This document shows positions 58,606 to 64,000 of a DNA stretch of 64,000 nt, piece by piece. Below the pieces are notes generated by a model. The model saw only the letters and a list, made by a program, of their open reading frames with translations, was not told the DNA's origin and ran no database searches. The DNA is from Candidatus Hadarchaeota archaeon (GTDB lineage Archaea > CAYQAE01 > CAYVLA01). Made by a program: the position numbers and the translations under genes. The first letter of the stretch is position 1. Each line of letters starts with the position of its first letter. The stretch is from NCBI GenBank assembly GCA_964621445.1, contig CAZUNO010000006.1, positions 22,011 through 86,010 on the forward strand. Direction: 5' to 3'.

Positions 58606-59902
58606 TCAGGTCAGGGAATCATGGCTGTTAATTACCTTTCTGAAGGCATCTATGAACTGGTCCAGGAAACCGGGCTGGGGATCTATATAGCAGGGAATTC
58701 TGAGAACGCTTTGATGAAGTTCCTCCGATATGGGGAAATCCCCCTTGCTATAGGGCTGGTATCGGGGGAGCCGCATGAACGGGCCTCCCAGTGGGCCTCT
58801 GCCCCGGCCCCATAGATCGAATCCATTGGTAAAAAGCGGTTTGAGATGCTGGAGGTGATCGAAACCTATACCCCTTATGTGAGCTCCTTCGGCCTTTACC
58901 GCGTCTACGAATCTATGGATAGGTAAATCATCCAGCTGGCCGGGATGGTATATGATTTGGAGGCCCCCGTAAAGCTGGATTCTCCCTGCTTTGGGGTAAG
59001 AGTGTTCGGCTTCAAGGCCTGCGAGCTCGTTCAGCTGGCTGAATATCCTCCTCCGGACCGGTTCGCTCTTTCTAATCCTTTCATCAAGGTTATCAAGCGA
59101 AACCCTGGCGATTGCCAGGGCCAAGGGATGGGCTCTCCATTTCAGACCCAGGACCTCCTTCTCAAGCATATGGTATTTTGTGTTGGCGAGTTCCTCTCCA
59201 ATACCTTTTCTGTGCAGGTGACAGTAAATCAGCTGTCTCTCATAGAACTCCTTGTTATTGGTAGTGACTATACCCCCTTCACCCCCGGATACCGGCTTTC
59301 CCCCGGTCCCCGATCCCTGAATGCTAAAACAGGTGATATCCCCCACATTGCCGATCTTCTCCTCACCCCATTCCGCCCCGTGAGCATGAGCCGCATCCTC
59401 GATTATGGTCAGATCGTGATTACTGCCAATTTCCATCAGGGAGTCCATATCGCAGGGATTACCTCGATAGTGAATGGGAACTATAGCACGGGTGCGCCGG
59501 GTGATTCTTTTCTCGGCGTCCTGGGGATCTATAAGAAGGGTTTTCGGATCAATCTCGCAGAAAACGGGCCTGGCTCCCATGTGAAGTGCCCCAGCATAGG
59601 AACCTATGTATCCCACGGCGGGGACGATTACCTCGTCCCCCGGTCCTACACCCGCTGCATAGAAGGCGCTGGCCAGGGCGGATGATCCGTGATCCGTTGT
59701 AAGGCAGTACTCTGCCCCCACATACTCACGAAACTTTTCCTCGAATTTTTTTTGGAAGTCCTTTCCCGGAACCGGATAGGAAGCCCTTCTCCAAAAGATC
59801 TCGAACGATTTCGATCTCCTGATCAATAGGCCGCTTCCACATTTCCGAATCCTCGATGGTTACCGCTGGGTCCCCGCCATTTATCGCTAAATCATTTTCC
59901 AA
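58606..59902 (-). CDS. DegT/DnrJ/EryC1/StrS PLP-dependent aminotransferase, frameshifted in an A8 run (59746-59753)
   Basis: GVGPGDEVIVP, IIEDAAHAHGA, KPVSGGEGG. The family-typical N-terminus MENDLAINGGDPAV...GLPKK is in another frame from TTG 59902. Confidence 0.85.
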
Positions 59903-60134
59903 TTTTCATGCACCAACATGATGGCAAAGATGAGAGAGCAACAAGCGGTTGCTCCACTGGCTATTAATTGTCTTTGGGGGGATTGCTCCAAATCTAATCA
60001 ACTACGGATTGTAATGGACCTTCTTTCATGCGGGATTCAGATAGCCCAGGTTTCCTCTTCTATAAAGCAGGGAATATGGACTGCGTACGGGGAGGACAAG
60101 GGCGGAATCCATATAGAACAGGAGGGAAGCCCTT

Positions 60135-61717
60135 TCATTTCTTCCTGGAAAGGTAATCCTCCCAAGATATGGCAAATTGTTTCATCTTGGCCTCTCTGGT
60201 AGTCAGCCCGTTGGAGGTCACTATGCCGGAATTGATGATGCAGAATGACATCAGGGAACCATCCGGATAGGCCTGGTGAATGCCACATCTCCTGGTCCTC
60301 TGGAAATCTATATTGTTGGGGTCCTGGAAGTGCATGCTTCCCACAAACAACACCCTTCGGTTCCCGAATAGCTCCTTGATCGAGCTGTATGTCTTTTCCT
60401 CCATGATTTCCTCGATCGCGTCACGGAGAAACGGCTCGGTTTCCTCCAGGCTCTGCTTGAATTTCCTGTATTCCTGTAACACTTTGATCTTACCCACCGT
60501 GCCGAGGGAACCTTCCTCGGGAACTGTCTCGGCGATACTGGTTATGGCCTGGTATAGCTTGTCTATATCTATCAATTTTGGCAGTGGTTTCCACTCTCCT
60601 TTCGTTTCCACCAAAATCGTCGCCGCTCCGCAATGGGGGTGGACTGTGAAGGCCGGCAGGGGTTGCTGGGAGTAGTATTCCGCGATATCAAATAGAGGGG
60701 CGACGGAAGGAACTGGATACCAGTCCTCCCTATCGATAAATCCGCTTTCCTCCTCTATGCGAAGGATGAGATCCGGAATAGTGGCTCTCATCTTGACCCC
60801 GCCCCTTCCACCGAAGGAGATGGGCTGGAAGTTGACGCCCCTGATGACTTCCCCACGATTCATGGCGTATTCCAGGATGGGCCATACCTGATCGATATTG
60901 TTCATCCCTATGGTCGGAACCAGTACCGCGCAGGCATCAGCGGCATCTATATTGTCGATTGCCTGCTTCTTGATATTTATCAGGTCCTTTCCGGTCATTG
61001 TCTGGACTTTCTTGCTCTTTGTATCCGGGTCGTAGATTCCGTGTCCCCTGAAGCGGTCATAGACTCCGGGATTATTTTCTGTGTCGTATGATACGTAAAA
61101 GGTTACGGGGAGTAGATCCCTCAGGAAATCCTGATCTTGAGCCAATCTAACGGAGTTGGTATTGACCTCCACGTGGTTGAAATGCTCCCTGGCTCTCTTT
61201 GCTATCTCCGGCAGGTCATCCCTTACGGTTGGTTCCCCCCCGGTAAGCTGAACTGCTCGCCCTGCATCGGCCTCGATGGCCTGGAACGCATTGTCCAGTT
61301 GATCTAGCCTTGGCTCATAGATATAGTCCACGGCGCCGGCATTGGCAAAACAGGTCGGGCATCTGAGGTTGCATCGGTTTGTAACATCGACGATTCCGAG
61401 GCAAGTCCTGGTGAGGTGATAGCCACATAGTCCGGTTAGAGGTTCAACACAGTCCTGTGGGCACCGATAGTAATCCTTCTCTATCCTAGGGTTGGTTGGT
61501 CCTTTTCCTTCCCACTTGAATTTTTCGGCTCTTTTGTATAGGTCACTGTTGGACCAGTAGATATCCTCAAACTTGCCATGCTTTTCGCACTCTTTTTCAT
61601 AAAGTATCTTGCCGTCCGATTCCACTATCCTCGCCGGTATCACGTTGAGTTTTCCTTCCCTAACGCATTCGGGGCAAACACTTGTGGTCTTTTTCAGGAT
61701 GCTCCTCGTGGTACCAT
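60135..61717 (-). CDS. Tetraether lipid synthase (Tes/GDGT-MAS, MJ0619-like) family radical SAM enzyme; start ambiguous
   Basis: In-frame upstream KKTTSVCPEC...CEKHG...DIYW; CPQDC...GLC..H; radical SAM CNLRCPTCFANA; RGVNFQP, HPHCG, MHFQD, RRCGIH, FC. Confidence 0.85.
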
Positions 61718-61957
61718 CACCTTTGGAAGCTTGAGGGAGGTTATTGATATATAATATTGTTATGTTGACAATCTGGAGTATATTATACCTCTATATTGAG
61801 TCAGGAAAGTAATTAGAATTTAATCTGGTCACCAGGGTCCCGGCCATGATTCTGAGTTGGATTACAGAACATTGATATTTTTAGATGACCAAAGCTACCT
61901 GAGGTCCCTCTTTCCAGAAAGATTCATAGGCGGGTCCTGACTTATGGGCGGGTTGAA

Positions 61958-63058
61958 TTGAATCCAAGGGAAAGATTCCTGGAAATAATGAACTTCGGGC
62001 AAACTGACCGCATACCCCTTGTTGATCTCGAGGGTTTCATAGAGGAAACGATAAGGCTCTGGTGCGGGCAGGGATTTCCGGCCAACATGAAGGTAGAGGA
62101 TTACTTCGGATTTGAGATCAGGGGGATGTATCATGGGAGCATCGATATCGATTTTGGGCCCATTCCCAGATTTGTGGAGAAAACCCTTCAGGTTGATTCC
62201 AATTATGTGACCAGGATCAATCGCTTTGGATACACCGAGAGGCGTTCCAGGGAATACCCAATGCGTTCATATGGCTATACCTCATTTCCGATCACCAATC
62301 GTGAGGACTGGCAGGAGATGAAAGGAAGGTATGACCCGCACGACATCAGGAGATATCCAAAGGACTGGGGAAAGGAGCTATTCGAATACTGTGATGAATC
62401 TGAAACGCCGGTTGGGCTCGGCCTGGTTTGGGGTCCAGGTAGGGGACCCAAGGGTGGTTACGGTATGGGCGTGGAGCGTTTCCTTCGTACCTTTGTTAGG
62501 GACCCGGGAATGATCCACGACATGTTCAGTACCTATGCCGATTTCGTTATTGAGATTTCAAAGCCCATCCTGGAGAGAATTGATTTGGATTATGTCCTCA
62601 TTGGGGAGGATGGAATAGCCTACAAGAACGGGCCTCTGGTATCCCCGGATCTATATAGGGGGTTTTACCTGCCCTATGTCAAGAGGGTCCTCGACTTCTT
62701 CAAGGATCACGGCGTGGGGATACTTGGAGAATCTGCTAGCGGGGACATAGATCAACTGGTGCCCCTTTTCTTGGAGGCTGGATACAACCTTCTGTGCCCT
62801 CTGGAGAGCGCATGTGGGATGGATGCCTTGGAGTTGAGAAAGGAATATGGAAGGGACCTGCTGTTGATGGGGAATATCAGTCGGCAGTCCTTGATGGACG
62901 GCAAGGAGGCCGTAGAGGAGGAGTTCAACTCCAAGGTCCCTGATCTTGTGGAGTGGGGCGGGTTTATTCCAACCGTTGATGATATGATTCTACCGGATAT
63001 CTCATTTCAGAGCTATAAGCACTATGTGGATTTGGTAAAGAATTTCCAGGCGAAATGA
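61958..63058 (+). CDS. Uroporphyrinogen decarboxylase / MtaA-CmuA family protein
   Basis: MNPRERF...DRIP, EDGIAYKNGPLVSP, PLESACGMD, MGNI, GGFIPTVDD; similar to 10443..11534. Confidence 0.87.
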   Translation: MNPRERFLEIMNFGQTDRIPLVDLEGFIEETIRLWCGQGFPANMKVEDYFGFEIRGMYHGSIDIDFGPIPRFVEKTLQVDSNYVTRINRFGYTERRSREYPMRSYGYTSFPITNREDWQEMKGRYDPHDIRRYPKDWGKELFEYCDESETPVGLGLVWGPGRGPKGGYGMGVERFLRTFVRDPGMIHDMFSTYADFVIEISKPILERIDLDYVLIGEDGIAYKNGPLVSPDLYRGFYLPYVKRVLDFFKDHGVGILGESASGDIDQLVPLFLEAGYNLLCPLESACGMDALELRKEYGRDLLLMGNISRQSLMDGKEAVEEEFNSKVPDLVEWGGFIPTVDDMILPDISFQSYKHYVDLVKNFQAK

Positions 63059-63202
63059 TATCCCCCTCAGGGTGGAAAGATGAGAAGCCCTCGTGAAAAT
63101 GTGAACACCCTAATTGATACTTGGGGTAGGGTCGGGCAGGGCCTTATGTCTAGCAGGGAGGTAATACGCATTTTACTCCTTTTCATGGAGTGATCTATGA
63201 TC

Positions 63203-64000
63203 CTAGATTAATTCGAGATCATATTTTGAGATCTGGGATACTTCAGCTAGCTCTGTGGTGTAATCTCCATATACCATTGCCAGGTGGTGTCCGTAGTCGA
63301 CCTGCCTGTGTATGAATTTCTCCGCATCCGGGATCTCAATACTCACGCTCAAGGAGCAGCCGATGCTATCAAATCCACCGCCATCGATTATCTGGCCCTT
63401 GGTTGCAAGAACTCTGGTTCCCTTGGGGTTGAATCTTGCCAAGGTGACCTCGCGTACTTTGTCCCTGGAGAAATCATACCTGATGGTAACTCCCCATTTT
63501 CCTTTGGTGAACGGTCTTATATTGAAGGGTAAATCGGGTTCCTTTAAACCCTTCATCTTCAAACCAGGAACATCGTGAGTGACTTGCAGGATGCTTCCCC
63601 CTTTATCCTTGAGAATTGGATTGCCCATAAACGCGGACTTTCTTGCGCAGTTCATCAGGACTATCATGGCCATTAACGCGTTTAGATCACCCTCACAGGA
63701 GGAGGGAATTCCTTGGTCCTTCAGTAAAGTGTGGGTTAGGCAGGGAGTGAATCTCTTTTTGGCAGGTAGCTTGCTGGTACATAGGGTGAAACATGGAATG
63801 GTGAAAGCATTACACTGGTGTTTCTGCAAAAGATGCTTTGCCGCTAGATAGGGAATGATTGATTTGATTATATCATCCTTCTCCATGAGAACTTCACCCG
63901 CATTTTCAATCAGGTCCCGAGCCATGCTTGCCGCCTTGTCTTGTTCCTCGTGCTCAACGCGGTTCATTTCCTGGAAGAAATCCTCGAAGGTAATAACCGA
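63203..64000 (-). CDS. L-fucose/L-arabinose isomerase-like protein, C-terminal part (starts outside window)
   Basis: AFTIPCF, PCL, GIPSSCEGD, FMGN, VTLARF, GHHLAMVYGDY. Confidence 0.8.
   Translation of the reverse strand, partial: SVITFEDFFQEMNRVEHEEQDKAASMARDLIENAGEVLMEKDDIIKSIIPYLAAKHLLQKHQCNAFTIPCFTLCTSKLPAKKRFTPCLTHTLLKDQGIPSSCEGDLNALMAMIVLMNCARKSAFMGNPILKDKGGSILQVTHDVPGLKMKGLKEPDLPFNIRPFTKGKWGVTIRYDFSRDKVREVTLARFNPKGTRVLATKGQIIDGGGFDSIGCSLSVSIEIPDAEKFIHRQVDYGHHLAMVYGDYTTELAEVSQISKYDLELI

Noticed and set aside
59918-60202. 94-aa ORF between the aminotransferase and Tes-like genes
   Set aside because: It overlaps the Tes-like 3' end on the opposite strand and has no recognisable features.
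1-64000. CRISPR arrays, rRNA, IS elements, integrases, prophage or defence genes
   Set aside because: No periodic repeats or recognisable motifs for these were seen.
1-64000. Full reassignment of TAG as a sense codon
   Set aside because: No conserved domain is interrupted by TAG, and many genes end in TAG at their natural C-termini.

Overview
A gene-dense chromosomal window (about 52 CDS, mid GC) from an archaeon. The evidence is a tetraether-lipid-synthase-like radical SAM enzyme, a short XPF/ERCC4 nuclease, an archaeal-type ValRS, and TATA boxes 22-25 nt before start codons. The lineage is probably an uncultured anaerobic heterotroph. Housekeeping genes (valS, hisH/hisF, a second hisF, carA, glutamate dehydrogenase family, tldD/pmbA) are mixed with glycan and organic-matter catabolism genes: GH127, two heparinase II/III-like lyases, an esterase, DUF1080, Gfo/Idh/MocA, a fucose-isomerase-like protein and three UroD/MtaA-like proteins. 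I saw no rRNA, tRNA, CRISPR array or mobile element. The main unexplained signal is an expanded family (A) of eight single-pass surface proteins. Each has a variable head, a helical stalk and an ungapped conserved TM/cytoplasmic tail, YxxEW-x10-G-x3-[WY]x[LV]M[VI]x[RK]RLY. At two loci a pair of A genes sits with the same two partner families (B, C), which suggests an undescribed modular cell-surface system. Three genes carry apparent single-base frameshifts that may be assembly errors. All annotations come from motif recognition by eye; no database searches were run.
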